From Kiritimatiellia bacterium (GTDB lineage: Bacteria; Verrucomicrobiota; Kiritimatiellia; RFP12; UBA1067), in contig JAVEYH010000006.1 in assembly GCA_034003585.1 (NCBI GenBank), forward strand, positions 10,177 through 74,176: a stretch of 64,000 bases of DNA, given 5' to 3'. This document shows, piece after piece, positions 1 through 10,481 of the stretch. The notes under the pieces are model-generated. The model made no database searches and had not been told where the DNA came from. It worked only from the letters and a program-made list of their open reading frames with translations. Every line of letters starts with the position of its first letter. The stretch's first letter is position 1. Both the position numbers and the translations under genes were made by a program.

Positions 1-2
1 CG

Positions 3-200
3 CTGATCGGGCTCGCCATCAGTTGCGCCACGAATCCCGCGGCCCAGATCGCGATGGAGCGGCTGAATGATCTGCGCGATTGCGAGATGCACATGACGCA
101 CATGGTCACGCCCGGCGATGAGGCGGGGTTGCGGCGGGTGGGCCTGCGCGCGACCTGCGATCCCTTTTTCGCCACGTCCGACCTGTTTGTGGACACGTGA
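3..200 (+). CDS. 3' end of a DUF1846 (UPF0371) family protein, truncated by the window edge
   Basis: Manual translation of frame 3 gives LIGLAISCATNPAAQIAMERLNDLRDCEMHMTHMVTPGDEAGLRRVGLRATCDPFF...DT*, resembling the DUF1846 C-terminus; stop TGA at 198-200. Confidence 0.7.
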   Translation: MIGLAISCATNPAAQIAMERLNDLRDCEMHMTHMVTPGDEAGLRRVGLRATCDPFFATSDLFVDT

Positions 201-215
201 CGTCCGGCGCGCGCC

Positions 216-707
216 TCACCCGGCGCCGCAACGGACCTCGTGCCATTGCATGCGGTCGCCCTCGAACACGAAGCGGCCCTCGAACGGGCGCCCCGCGAGC
301 AGGAGCGGGATCCAGAGCCGGTCGTCCGCCCACATGAGGTCATAGGGCAATTCGCCCTCGTCGCACCAGAACGGCGCGGCCTCGTCGGTCTCGGTCAGTT
401 CGCCGTGGAATCCCGTTGCGGTGAAGACCTGGCAGCGGAGCGCGTACCCGTCGGTGAAGGCGAACTCCAGTTGTCCGGCGGGACGGGGGTTCAGCGGCGT
501 GAGGCCGACCTCCTCGCGGGTCTCGCGGACCGCCGCCTGTTCCGGCGTTTCGCCCGGCTCGATGCGCCCCCCCGGCGCATTCACCTTGCCCCGGCCCAGA
601 CCGCGCTTCTTGACGATCAGCAGGAACCGGCCCGCGCTGCGGATGAACGTGAGCACCGCCCGATCTTTCGGCACCCATTTTTCCCAATCCATCTCGACAC
701 GTTCCAT
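216..707 (-). CDS. Nudix hydrolase, MutT/MTH1-like 8-oxo-dGTP diphosphatase
   Basis: Complete Nudix box GGRIEPGETPEQAAVRETREEVG; KKRGLGRGKVNAPGG and MWADD motifs typical of the MTH1-like subgroup. Confidence 0.85.
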   Translation of the reverse strand: MERVEMDWEKWVPKDRAVLTFIRSAGRFLLIVKKRGLGRGKVNAPGGRIEPGETPEQAAVRETREEVGLTPLNPRPAGQLEFAFTDGYALRCQVFTATGFHGELTETDEAAPFWCDEGELPYDLMWADDRLWIPLLLAGRPFEGRFVFEGDRMQWHEVRCGAG

Positions 708-743
708 CCGGACTCACCCCGCCTTTTCCTTCTTACCCCGCAC

Positions 744-785
744 CTCTTCCTTCTTCCTTCTTCCTTCTTACTTATTCCTTCCTAC
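744..785. repeat. Degenerate heptamer tandem repeat (consensus TTCTTCC, 6 units)
   Basis: ctcttcc ttcttcc ttcttcc ttcttac ttattcc ttcctac read directly; a partial copy lies at 724-736. Confidence 0.85.
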
Positions 786-1198
786 TCGACATGCCGGGTG
801 ATGAAGTGGTCGCGGAGATAGGCGATCGCCGCATCCAGTGACGGCAGGATCTTTGTGCAGTAACGCACCATCCACGGAGAGCAGTCCTGAAAGCCGAACG
901 GGGAGAAGGCGACCACGAATTTGCCGAGGTCATGCGCGGCGAAGAACACCTCCATCGAGGTGCCGATCGAGGTTTTGCTGTAGTTGACCAGCAGGATATC
1001 CGCATCGCGCACGTCCTGGAGGTCGAACTCCACGATCTCGTTGGCGCTGTCCACCTCGCGGTCCTTGAAATTGCGGCGCATGGGGTCCAGCAGCACAAAC
1101 TGGTCACGCAGCCCCTCTTTGGCGCGCTCGCGCCACGTCTGGGCCAGATCGGGATGCTCATCCATGATCGGGCCGCTGAGGTAGATTTTCTTTTTCAC
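782..1198 (-). CDS. Nucleoside 2-deoxyribosyltransferase / Rcl(DNPH1)-like nucleotide N-hydrolase
   Basis: KIYLSGPIM...DPMRR...IVEFDLQDVRDADILLVN...SIGTSMEVFFA motif set; GTG start at 1198 chosen within the longer ORF 782-1486. Confidence 0.75.
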   Translation of the reverse strand: MKKKIYLSGPIMDEHPDLAQTWRERAKEGLRDQFVLLDPMRRNFKDREVDSANEIVEFDLQDVRDADILLVNYSKTSIGTSMEVFFAAHDLGKFVVAFSPFGFQDCSPWMVRYCTKILPSLDAAIAYLRDHFITRHVE

Positions 1199-1229
1199 GA
1201 TTGGTGCCGGCCGCTGCCGGGGGCGTGTT

Positions 1230-2906
<1,677 letters not shown>

Positions 2907-2939
2907 TGCACTCCGGGATTGAAGGGTAGGGGGGTCAGG

Positions 2940-3830
2940 TTAGCGGGTGGCGTCCGTCACGCCGCGGAAATATCCGATCGATTCGGCGATACCGTCAAAC
3001 GGGTCGGCCATGTCTTTCTCGTATTCGAGACTGCAGACGCCCGCATAGCGCACCGCGCGCAGCGCGCGCACGAACGCCGGCAGGTCGATCCGGCCGCGCG
3101 GCATCTCAATGCCCTTGCCGCTCTTGTCGGCCGCGGTCACGTTTTTGATGTGGATGTCGTACACGCGGTCGGCGTAACGCAGCAGGGCCTGGACCGGGTC
3201 TTTGCCGTCCCGGTACTGGTGGCCGATGTCCAGGCAGAGCCCGATGCGCGGATCCAGATCCGCGATCATCCCCATGGCGCTTTCGGCGGTGGGGAACAGC
3301 TCCGGCATGTCGGGGCCGTGGTTGTGGATGGCGAAGCAGATGTCATGCTCCCGCACCCGATCCTGCACCCGGCGCAGCACCCGCGCCGAAGCCACGCGTT
3401 TTTTGCCGTCCCGGTCATAGGGCACGCCCACCAGCGTCCGGGTGCCGACGCGCTTGGCGTAGGCGAACGCCGCGTCCACCTCCTCGTCGGTCGACATGTA
3501 GATGGGGCCGACCCCGTATCCGGTCACCCCGTAGGTGCGGCAGGTCTCATGGAAATCGGCGATCTCCTGCTCCGTGCTGGCGAGCGGCAGGTGGAAATCC
3601 TTGATGCACAAAAACCGCACGTCGATCTTCCGCAGCATCTCCAGCGTCTGGGTCAGGGTAAACTTATGGAACGTGTATCCGGCGATGCCCAGACGGAACG
3701 GATCGGTCGAGGCGGCCGGGGTTGGCCGGATGCGCGGTGCGGTGGCGCAGCCCGCCGCGAGACCGCACGCGCCGGCCCAGGCCGCGGTGCCGATTCCCGC
3801 CTGTTTGAAAAAAGAACGTCGGGTCGTCAT
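2940..3830 (-). CDS. Tat-exported sugar-phosphate isomerase/epimerase family (xylose isomerase-like TIM barrel) protein
   Basis: MTTRRSFFKQAG twin-arginine signal; IHNHGP, CLDIGH, DIHIKN, SLEYE metal-binding motifs. Confidence 0.8.
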   Translation of the reverse strand: MTTRRSFFKQAGIGTAAWAGACGLAAGCATAPRIRPTPAASTDPFRLGIAGYTFHKFTLTQTLEMLRKIDVRFLCIKDFHLPLASTEQEIADFHETCRTYGVTGYGVGPIYMSTDEEVDAAFAYAKRVGTRTLVGVPYDRDGKKRVASARVLRRVQDRVREHDICFAIHNHGPDMPELFPTAESAMGMIADLDPRIGLCLDIGHQYRDGKDPVQALLRYADRVYDIHIKNVTAADKSGKGIEMPRGRIDLPAFVRALRAVRYAGVCSLEYEKDMADPFDGIAESIGYFRGVTDATR

Positions 3831-4001
3831 GCTTCCCTCCTCAAGATGGAAAAGTGCGTTTGTAAACGGGACCGCCCCTAAAGTCAAGAGCATTCGCGGC
3901 GCCTGCGGGGCAAGAAAAACAGGCTGATTCTTCTGGCTGATCTCCGGTGCGGATTATGCTATCCTTCTTTCTCGTTTTGAGCGAAAGAAGGGTTTTGGGG
4001 C

Positions 4002-6416
4002 ATGAAAGTACCGGTCAGTTGGCTGAATGAGTTTGTGGACGTGGCGGATCTGTCGGTCAGGGAGTTGGCCGATAAGCTGACGTTCTCGGGTGTGGAGGTG
4101 GAGGGCATCGAAGAGGTCGGCGTGACACTCGGTGACGCCTTTGTGGTGGGCGAGGTGCTGGCCTGCGCGGCGCACGCGAACTCGGATCATCTGCATGTCT
4201 GCACGGTGTCGGACGGCGAGCGGGAGTGGCAGGTGGTGTGCGGGGCGCCCAACGCGCGCGCCGGCCTGAAGGTGGCCTTCGCGCGCATCGGCGCGGTGAT
4301 TCCCGAGGGCGGGTTCACGATCAAGAAGGCCAAGCTGCGCGGCGTGGAGTCGTTCGGCATGCTCTGCTCGGCGCGCGAGCTGAAACTCTCGGACGATCAC
4401 GCGGGCATCATGGAGCTGGATCCCGCGCTGAAGCCGGGCACCCCGCTCCGGGACGTGCTGCCGCCGCCCGAGACGGTGCTGGATCTGGAGATCACCTGGA
4501 ACCGGCCGGACTGCCTTTCGATCATCGGCATCGCCCGCGAGTTCGCCGCGCTGCTGCGGCGGCCGCTGCGCCTGCCCCCGGTGGCGTTCGCCGAGACCGG
4601 GGAGGCGGTGGAGCGTTTCGCGAAGGTGCGCGTGGAGGATCCGGGCAAGTGTCCGCGCTACACGGCGCGCGTGATGACCGGCGTCAAGGACGGGACCGCG
4701 CCGGCCTGGATGCGGCGCCGGCTGGAGCTGTGCGGCGTGCGGGCGATCAGCCTGACGGTGGATGTGACCAACTACGTGATGCTGGAGTGCGGTCAGCCGC
4801 TGCACGCGTTCGACTACCGCGCGCTGGCGGAGCGCACGGTCGTGGTGCGCCGCGCCGCGCCGGGCGAGGCGATCACCACGCTGGACGGCGTGAAGCGTTC
4901 GCTTGACCCGGACATGCTGGTGATCGCGGACGCCAACGCGCCGAGCGCGGTGGCGGGCATTATGGGCGGCGCGGGCAGCGAGATCGCGGCGGGCACCGAG
5001 CATGTGCTGCTGGAGAGCGCGCTGTTCGACCCGGCCTCGACCAAGTTCACCGCCACGCGGCTGGGGCTCGGCACCGAATCGTCGCGCCGCTTCGAGCGCG
5101 GCGTGGATCCGGAGCTGGCGGATTGGGCGAGCCGCAGGGCCGTGGCCCTGCTGGCGGAGCACGGGCAGGCGCGCGTGGCCCGAGGCGTCATTGATGTGGA
5201 CAACCGCGCGTGGAAGGCCAGCGAGGTGGCGCTGCGTTTCGCGCGGGCGCGGGAGGTGATCGGCGTGGCGCTGCCCGATGACGAAATGGTCGGGCTGCTG
5301 ACTTCGCTGGGGCTGGAGGTTCTGACGCGTGACGGGCGGGGCGCGACCTTCCGCATTCCGTCGTGGCGGCTCGACCTGACGCTGGAGGCGGACCTGATCG
5401 AAGAGATCGCGCGCCTGCACGGGCTGGACGCGATTCCGGACCGCCTGCCGGACGCGACGGCCGTTTCCACGCTGGATGAGGGGGCGTTCCATGCGCGGGC
5501 GCGCTGCCGCCAGATTTTGCTGGGCATGGGATTCAGCGAGGCGATGCACTACAGTTTTCTTTCGTCGCAGGAGTTGGATGCGTTTGACGCGCGCCGCGCG
5601 GCGTCGCGGGCGGTGCTGCCGAACCCGGTGAGCGCCGATTACGGCGTGCTGCGCGATACGCTGCTGCCGCAGCTCGCGGGGTCGCTCGGGCGCAACGCCT
5701 CGCGCCAGGTCGAGTGCGCGGCGCTGTTTGAGATGGGGCGCGTCTTTTTCAAAGGGGCGGACGGCGAGCCCGGCGAGGAAGAGCGTGTGGCGCTGGGCCT
5801 GATGGGGCCGTTCGGACGGCCGGCGGTGGATCGGCGGCGTCCGGTCGGCAACGAGGAGGCGCTGTTGTGGCTGAAAGGGGCGGTGGAGAATCTCGCGGCG
5901 GCCCTGCGCGCCGGCGGCCTGACCTTCGCGCGCGGCGAACACCCCGCGATGGAGACGGGGTGGGCGGTCGAGATCCGGCTCAACGGCGAACCGGTCGGGT
6001 GCATGGGGCTGCTGTCGGCGGCGTTGCGGCACGCGTGGCGCATGACCGCGCCGATGCCGCTGGCCGAACTGCGGTTGACGCCGTTGCTGGCCGGCGCGGG
6101 CGCGGCGGCCGGGATCCGGCCGGTGCCGCAGTATCCGGCGGTGCGGCGCGACATCGCGTTTGTGGCGGACGCCGCGGTGACGCACCGCGAGGTGGTCGAG
6201 ACCGTGCGCCGGGCGGGACCCGGGGAATTGACCGGCGTTGGGCTTTTTGATATCTTCCAATCAAAAGAAATCGGCAAGGGAAAGCGCAGTTTGGCCTATG
6301 CGCTGGAGTTCCGTTCACCAGACCGGACCCTGACGGATCAGGAGGTGAACGCGGCGTTCGCGGAGATTGTGCAGGCGTTGAAGCAGGATCTGCGCGTGGA
6401 CGTGCGGGAAGGTTGA
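4002..6416 (+). CDS. pheT: Phenylalanine--tRNA ligase beta subunit
   Basis: MKVPVSWL start, tRNA-binding OB fold (VVCGAPN, GMLCSAREL), ITWNRPDCLS, B3/4 domain, C-terminal FDX-ACB (SLAYALEFRSPDRTLTD). Confidence 0.97.
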   Translation: MKVPVSWLNEFVDVADLSVRELADKLTFSGVEVEGIEEVGVTLGDAFVVGEVLACAAHANSDHLHVCTVSDGEREWQVVCGAPNARAGLKVAFARIGAVIPEGGFTIKKAKLRGVESFGMLCSARELKLSDDHAGIMELDPALKPGTPLRDVLPPPETVLDLEITWNRPDCLSIIGIAREFAALLRRPLRLPPVAFAETGEAVERFAKVRVEDPGKCPRYTARVMTGVKDGTAPAWMRRRLELCGVRAISLTVDVTNYVMLECGQPLHAFDYRALAERTVVVRRAAPGEAITTLDGVKRSLDPDMLVIADANAPSAVAGIMGGAGSEIAAGTEHVLLESALFDPASTKFTATRLGLGTESSRRFERGVDPELADWASRRAVALLAEHGQARVARGVIDVDNRAWKASEVALRFARAREVIGVALPDDEMVGLLTSLGLEVLTRDGRGATFRIPSWRLDLTLEADLIEEIARLHGLDAIPDRLPDATAVSTLDEGAFHARARCRQILLGMGFSEAMHYSFLSSQELDAFDARRAASRAVLPNPVSADYGVLRDTLLPQLAGSLGRNASRQVECAALFEMGRVFFKGADGEPGEEERVALGLMGPFGRPAVDRRRPVGNEEALLWLKGAVENLAAALRAGGLTFARGEHPAMETGWAVEIRLNGEPVGCMGLLSAALRHAWRMTAPMPLAELRLTPLLAGAGAAAGIRPVPQYPAVRRDIAFVADAAVTHREVVETVRRAGPGELTGVGLFDIFQSKEIGKGKRSLAYALEFRSPDRTLTDQEVNAAFAEIVQALKQDLRVDVREG

Positions 6417-6439
6417 CCGGTCATGGATCTTTGAAAGTT

Positions 6440-6462
6440 CCGGGTCCCGTTTCCGGACCCGG
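6440..6462. terminator. Stem-loop just downstream of pheT (possible terminator or processing hairpin)
   Basis: ccgggtcc-cgtttcc-ggacccgg perfect 8-bp inverted repeat; no clear U-tract. Confidence 0.4.
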
Positions 6463-6479
6463 ACGACGAACGAAGTGGG

Positions 6480-6648
6480 CCCTGCTTTGTGCGCGGATAA
6501 GCAGCATTTCTCTGACCTTCAATTTGTTACGGGAGTTTGAGTTCGGCGCGGGACGGACACCTGCCTTGCGCGGGGACCGGAAAACGCCGGCGAAAGCACC
6601 CACCTCATTCGTGAGGTTTCAGAGGTACTGTCATACGGCAAAGCGGGG
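6480..6648 (+). ncRNA. ssrS: 6S RNA
   Basis: Terminal stem ccctgctttg/caaagcgggg, tctctga/tcagagg, inner stem tcggcg/cgccgg, central bubble containing the CACCCACCT...GGTTTCA...ACGGC 6S signature and a small cctca-ttcg-tgagg hairpin; followed by a T run; 6S genes often lie near pheT. Confidence 0.82.
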
Positions 6649-6670
6649 TTTTTTTTCGGATGGGGGATGC

Positions 6671-7516
6671 GTGAAAAGGGTTTTGACAGGGGCCGCGGCG
6701 GCGTGGATCGCATGCGCGGCGGTGTTCGGCCAATCGCGGGATGCGGCGGATCAGGCGGAAACGGAGCTGGGGGTCACGACGGGGGTGCCGCAGGCGACCG
6801 GTTTCGTGTTCATCGAGGGGCGTTACCTGCCGCCGCCTTACACGGTCACGCGGAAAGGGAACGGCCTTTTCATCAACCGCACGCTCGTGGAGCGTCCGGT
6901 GCCCTGGCCGCCCGCGGCCGCGCCGCAGGCGCCGGAGACGGAAAAACGCGCGGCCGGCGATGAGGCGCCGCGGCCGCGGGCCGGACCGCAGGAAGAGACG
7001 CCGCAGACCGGGGCGCGAAAAAAGATCGTGAGCATCGACGACCTGTTCGCCGATGAGGATCTGCACGAGGAGACCATTCCGGTTGCGGGGGAAGAGGCGG
7101 AACGCCCGGTTGCCGAGGCGGCCGCCGTGGTCGGCGGCGGCTTGTCCGCCGAGGAGGCCGCGCAGCGCAAGACGGAGGCCCTGGCAGTGCTGGAACGGCT
7201 GCGCAAGGGGTATGAGGCCGCGTTGTCGCAGGGCGAGGTGTTCTTTTTCAGTCAGCGGCACAACCGGGTGAACGGCACGTACGGGACGGCCCGTCTGCTG
7301 CTGGGCGTGCTGCCGGCGGCCCTACGGTATGCGCAATCGCCGTCGGATCTGATGGCCCGGCTCTATCAGGGAGACATCTCGTTCATTGATCTCACCATGT
7401 GCGCCGCGTTGTACGATCACCGGAACACGTTTCCGCTACTGGAGGAGCGGCTGGCCCGGATTGAGGAGGCGGAGCGTGAGGAGGAGCGGAAGCGTAAGGC
7501 GGCGCGGCGCCGGTAG
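6671..7516 (+). CDS. Hypothetical exported protein
   Basis: GTG start after a GGGGGA SD; signal-peptide-like N-terminus (KRVLTGAAAAWIACAAVFG); in frame with ORF 6413-7516; no family recognised. Confidence 0.65.
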   Translation: MKRVLTGAAAAWIACAAVFGQSRDAADQAETELGVTTGVPQATGFVFIEGRYLPPPYTVTRKGNGLFINRTLVERPVPWPPAAAPQAPETEKRAAGDEAPRPRAGPQEETPQTGARKKIVSIDDLFADEDLHEETIPVAGEEAERPVAEAAAVVGGGLSAEEAAQRKTEALAVLERLRKGYEAALSQGEVFFFSQRHNRVNGTYGTARLLLGVLPAALRYAQSPSDLMARLYQGDISFIDLTMCAALYDHRNTFPLLEERLARIEEAEREEERKRKAARRR

Positions 7517-7532
7517 CGGGAGGGGGTGGAAG

Positions 7533-7898
7533 ATGGCCAGAGCGAAACAGGTGCGGGACGGAGCGTCCTTTCGGGCGGTGGCGGGCGTATTGGCGGAGAT
7601 CCGCTCCACCGGGGAGATGACCGCCTTTCTCGATGAACTGCTGACTCCCGGGGAGGTGCACGACATCTCCCTGCGGTGGAAGTTGCTCGGGTTGCTTGCG
7701 CAGGGCGTGTCGCAGCGCCGGATTGCCGAGGAACTCAAGATCAGCCTGTGCAAAATCACGCGCGGATCGAGGATCCTCAAACAAAAAGGGGCCGTGACCG
7801 CCCGTCTGCTGTCCGGCGGAAAAGCCGTCGGGACGGGGTGCGGCAAGGCGGACGGGACGAAACGGAATCTCCGGAAAGGGGCGGGCGGATGCAGGTGA
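7533..7898 (+). CDS. trpR: Trp repressor (TrpR/YerC) family transcriptional regulator
   Basis: FLDELLTPGEVHDISLRWKLLGLLAQGVSQRRIAEELKISLCKITRGSRILK matches the TrpR HTH pattern. Confidence 0.8.
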   Translation: MARAKQVRDGASFRAVAGVLAEIRSTGEMTAFLDELLTPGEVHDISLRWKLLGLLAQGVSQRRIAEELKISLCKITRGSRILKQKGAVTARLLSGGKAVGTGCGKADGTKRNLRKGAGGCR

Positions 7899-9073
7899 TC
7901 GCAAAGGCGGTGCAGGAGCAGATGGGCGGCGCGTCCTGGATCCGGAAAATGTTCGAAAAAGGCGCGGAGCTCAAAAAAACCTTTGGTGACGAACGGGTGT
8001 GCGATTTCAGTCTCGGTAATCCGGACGTGCCGCCGCCGGCCCGCGCGCGTGACGTGCTGTGCGCGCTGGCGGATCAGGCGGTGCGGCCGCTGGGGTTGGG
8101 GTATTGCCCGAACGCGGGACTGCCCGCGTTCCGTGAGGCTCTGGCGGATTTCCTCGCGCGGCAGCAGGGCGTGCCGATGCGGGCCGACCAGGTGGTGGTC
8201 ACCTGCGGTGCGGCTGGCGCGCTGACCTCCTTCTTCCGGGCGGTGTTGGAACCGGGCGACGAAGTGATGTGCCCCGCTCCGTATTTCGTGGAGTACGGCG
8301 CGTACTGCGGCCATTTCGGCGGTGTGCTCAGACCGGTGCCCGCGCTGCCGCCGGATTTCCAGCCGGATGTCGCGGCGATCGAGGCGGCGGTGACGGAGAG
8401 GACGCGCGTGCTGCTCCTCAACTCGCCGAACAACCCCACCGGGTGCGTGTATGCGCGGGAAACGCTCGAACGTCTCGGCGCCCTGGTGGATCGGGTCAAC
8501 GCCGCACGCGAGCGGCCGCTCTTTCTGGTGAGTGACGAGCCGTACCGTTTCTTCGCGTACGATGGCGTGACCGTGCCTCCGGTGCTGCCGCTCTCGCCCT
8601 TCTCCCTTGTGCTCGGATCCTTTTCCAAAAGCCTCTCGCTGGCCGGCGAGCGCATCGGGTATCTTGCGGCCAACCCCGCCATGCCGCAGGTCGGGACGCT
8701 GATGGGCGCGGTGACCATGACCAACCGCACGCTGGGTTTCGTGAACGCGCCGGTTTTGGGTCAGCGGCTGGCGATGGCGTTGCTGGAGGAGGGCGTGAAC
8801 CTCGAGGTGTATGACCGGCGGCGCCAGGCGATGGCCGCGGTGCTCGCGCAGGCGGGGATCCGCTTCGCCATGCCGCGCGGGGCGTTCTATTTCTTTCCGG
8901 AAGCGCCCGGCGGGGACGATCTGGCGTTTGTGCGGCGGTTGCTGGAGCGCAATGTGCTGGCGGTGCCGGGCCGAGGCTTCGGCTTCCCCGGCTATTTCCG
9001 GTTGAGTTTCTGTGTGGAGGAGGCGGTGATCGCGCGTTCGGCCGAGGGATTTCAAGCCGCGGTCGCAGGCTGA
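7889..9073 (+). CDS. PLP-dependent class I/II aminotransferase (aspartate aminotransferase-like)
   Basis: SWIRKMFE, DFSLGNP, NSPNNPTG, SDEPY, SFSKSLSLAGERIG (PLP lysine), GAFY, PGYFRLS. Confidence 0.9.
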   Translation: MQVIAKAVQEQMGGASWIRKMFEKGAELKKTFGDERVCDFSLGNPDVPPPARARDVLCALADQAVRPLGLGYCPNAGLPAFREALADFLARQQGVPMRADQVVVTCGAAGALTSFFRAVLEPGDEVMCPAPYFVEYGAYCGHFGGVLRPVPALPPDFQPDVAAIEAAVTERTRVLLLNSPNNPTGCVYARETLERLGALVDRVNAARERPLFLVSDEPYRFFAYDGVTVPPVLPLSPFSLVLGSFSKSLSLAGERIGYLAANPAMPQVGTLMGAVTMTNRTLGFVNAPVLGQRLAMALLEEGVNLEVYDRRRQAMAAVLAQAGIRFAMPRGAFYFFPEAPGGDDLAFVRRLLERNVLAVPGRGFGFPGYFRLSFCVEEAVIARSAEGFQAAVAG

Positions 9074-9104
9074 GGGCGCGGAGGCGTTGCCGGAAGGAGG
9101 GGGC

Positions 9105-10472
9105 ATGCGGACAGGGCTCGGAATCATGCGGGTGGCGGTGGCGGTACTCTGGGTGTGCGGTGCGCGGGCCACGGGGTTCACCGGGCCTGCGGAGTGGCGG
9201 ACGGTCAACACCAACGGGGTGCGGGCGTGGCAGGCCGCACAGCAGGCGGCCGCGTCCGGCGGCGCCGTTGCGGTCTGGCCGGGTGTCGCGGCGGATGCCG
9301 TCCGGCGCGAGGTGCGGTTGCTGGCCGAAGCCGTGGGTCACACGGAGGGAGTCACAACGGAATTCATCCTGATCGGCCCGATGAGTGACCGCGCCTATGA
9401 GTCGGTGGCCGTGACCGTGGCCGCGCCCGGCGATATCGTGCGGGCCGTCGAGCATCTCGGTCTGAAACGCGGCGGAGGGGTGGGCAGCCGCCCCTTCCGC
9501 TTCTGGCCAATGGGGGAGCGCGTGACCGCCACGGTGAGGCCGCTGGATGGCGCGGATGCGGCGGCGCAGCCGCTGCAAGCCCTGATCCGCGACGAGGGGG
9601 AGGACGCGCCGCTGGTCGGGGAGGGCGGCCTGGTTTTCACGGGGGGACGGTGGGACGGTCCGGTCTGCCTCACGGACACCAACATGCCCGGTTCGGTCAT
9701 TTCGCTCTACAACGCGGGGGAGACGGTTTTTGACGTGCCGTTCCGGGTCGGGCAGAGTGAGGTGTACGGCCGGCTGAAATTGGCGCGCTCGTATCCGTGC
9801 GGCGCGCTGCTCGAGGTCGTGCTGCGTCCGTTGGCGGCGGACGGGCGGCCGCGGGTTCTGCCGCTGCGGGTTACGGCGGAACCCGGCGAGGGTGGGGTGT
9901 CGCTGGCCGCGCGCGGGGCGGACGGGGCGGTCCTGCATCGTTCCGATCTGGCCGGGACGCTGGCCTGGTTGCGGGCGCGGGCGGATGCGGGCCGCGAGCT
10001 TTTCGTCACGCTGGAGATGGATGAGGCGCTCACGCTGCAACAGGCCGCGGAGGTCGCGCGGACCTTCGAGATGCTCGACGGCAAGGGATTGAAACTCGAC
10101 GGCAAAGGGGATGGCGGTTTGTACGCCAAGGCCTTCCTGCCGCTGGAGAAGTGGCGCGAGCGCGAGGGCCGCACGCCCCAGCCCTTTGAATTGCATGTGA
10201 CGCGGAATGCGGCGGGCGCGTGGGTCAAAAGTCTGGTTTTCATCGAAGAGGACTGGCGGGTGGAGGGGCTCGATCCGCGGCTGACCCCGCGCGCGTTCCC
10301 GTTCGAGGAGTGGAAAACGCTGCCGGGCCTGACGGCCCGTGCGGGCGGAGCCGAGAACAAAGTGCAGGTGCTCTTTGTCTTCGCACCCCGGGAGGCGCCG
10401 CTCCAGGCGTTCATGCCCGGCGTGCGCGCGCTGTCGGAGCGGCTGCCGATCGTGTACGTGTTCGGCGAATAA
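9105..10472 (+). CDS. Exported protein with a YdjY-like domain
   Basis: Signal-peptide-like start; EFILIGPMSDRAYESVAVTVAAPGDIVRAVEHLGLKRG resembles the YdjY domain; GGAGG SD upstream of ATG 9105. Confidence 0.55.
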   Translation: MRTGLGIMRVAVAVLWVCGARATGFTGPAEWRTVNTNGVRAWQAAQQAAASGGAVAVWPGVAADAVRREVRLLAEAVGHTEGVTTEFILIGPMSDRAYESVAVTVAAPGDIVRAVEHLGLKRGGGVGSRPFRFWPMGERVTATVRPLDGADAAAQPLQALIRDEGEDAPLVGEGGLVFTGGRWDGPVCLTDTNMPGSVISLYNAGETVFDVPFRVGQSEVYGRLKLARSYPCGALLEVVLRPLAADGRPRVLPLRVTAEPGEGGVSLAARGADGAVLHRSDLAGTLAWLRARADAGRELFVTLEMDEALTLQQAAEVARTFEMLDGKGLKLDGKGDGGLYAKAFLPLEKWREREGRTPQPFELHVTRNAAGAWVKSLVFIEEDWRVEGLDPRLTPRAFPFEEWKTLPGLTARAGGAENKVQVLFVFAPREAPLQAFMPGVRALSERLPIVYVFGE

Positions 10473-10481
10473 GCCGCCGTC

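Noticed and set aside
6440-6462. Similarity between this hairpin and the riboswitch terminator at 58044-58064 (GGTCCCGTTT.CGGACC), suggesting a REP family
   Set aside because: Only two copies, one fully explained as the FMN attenuator; no further copies seen.
6413-6670. N-terminal extension of ORF 6413-7516
   Set aside because: It runs through the 6S RNA; the SD-supported GTG at 6671 gives a signal peptide. Similar over-long starts were trimmed for many other ORFs.
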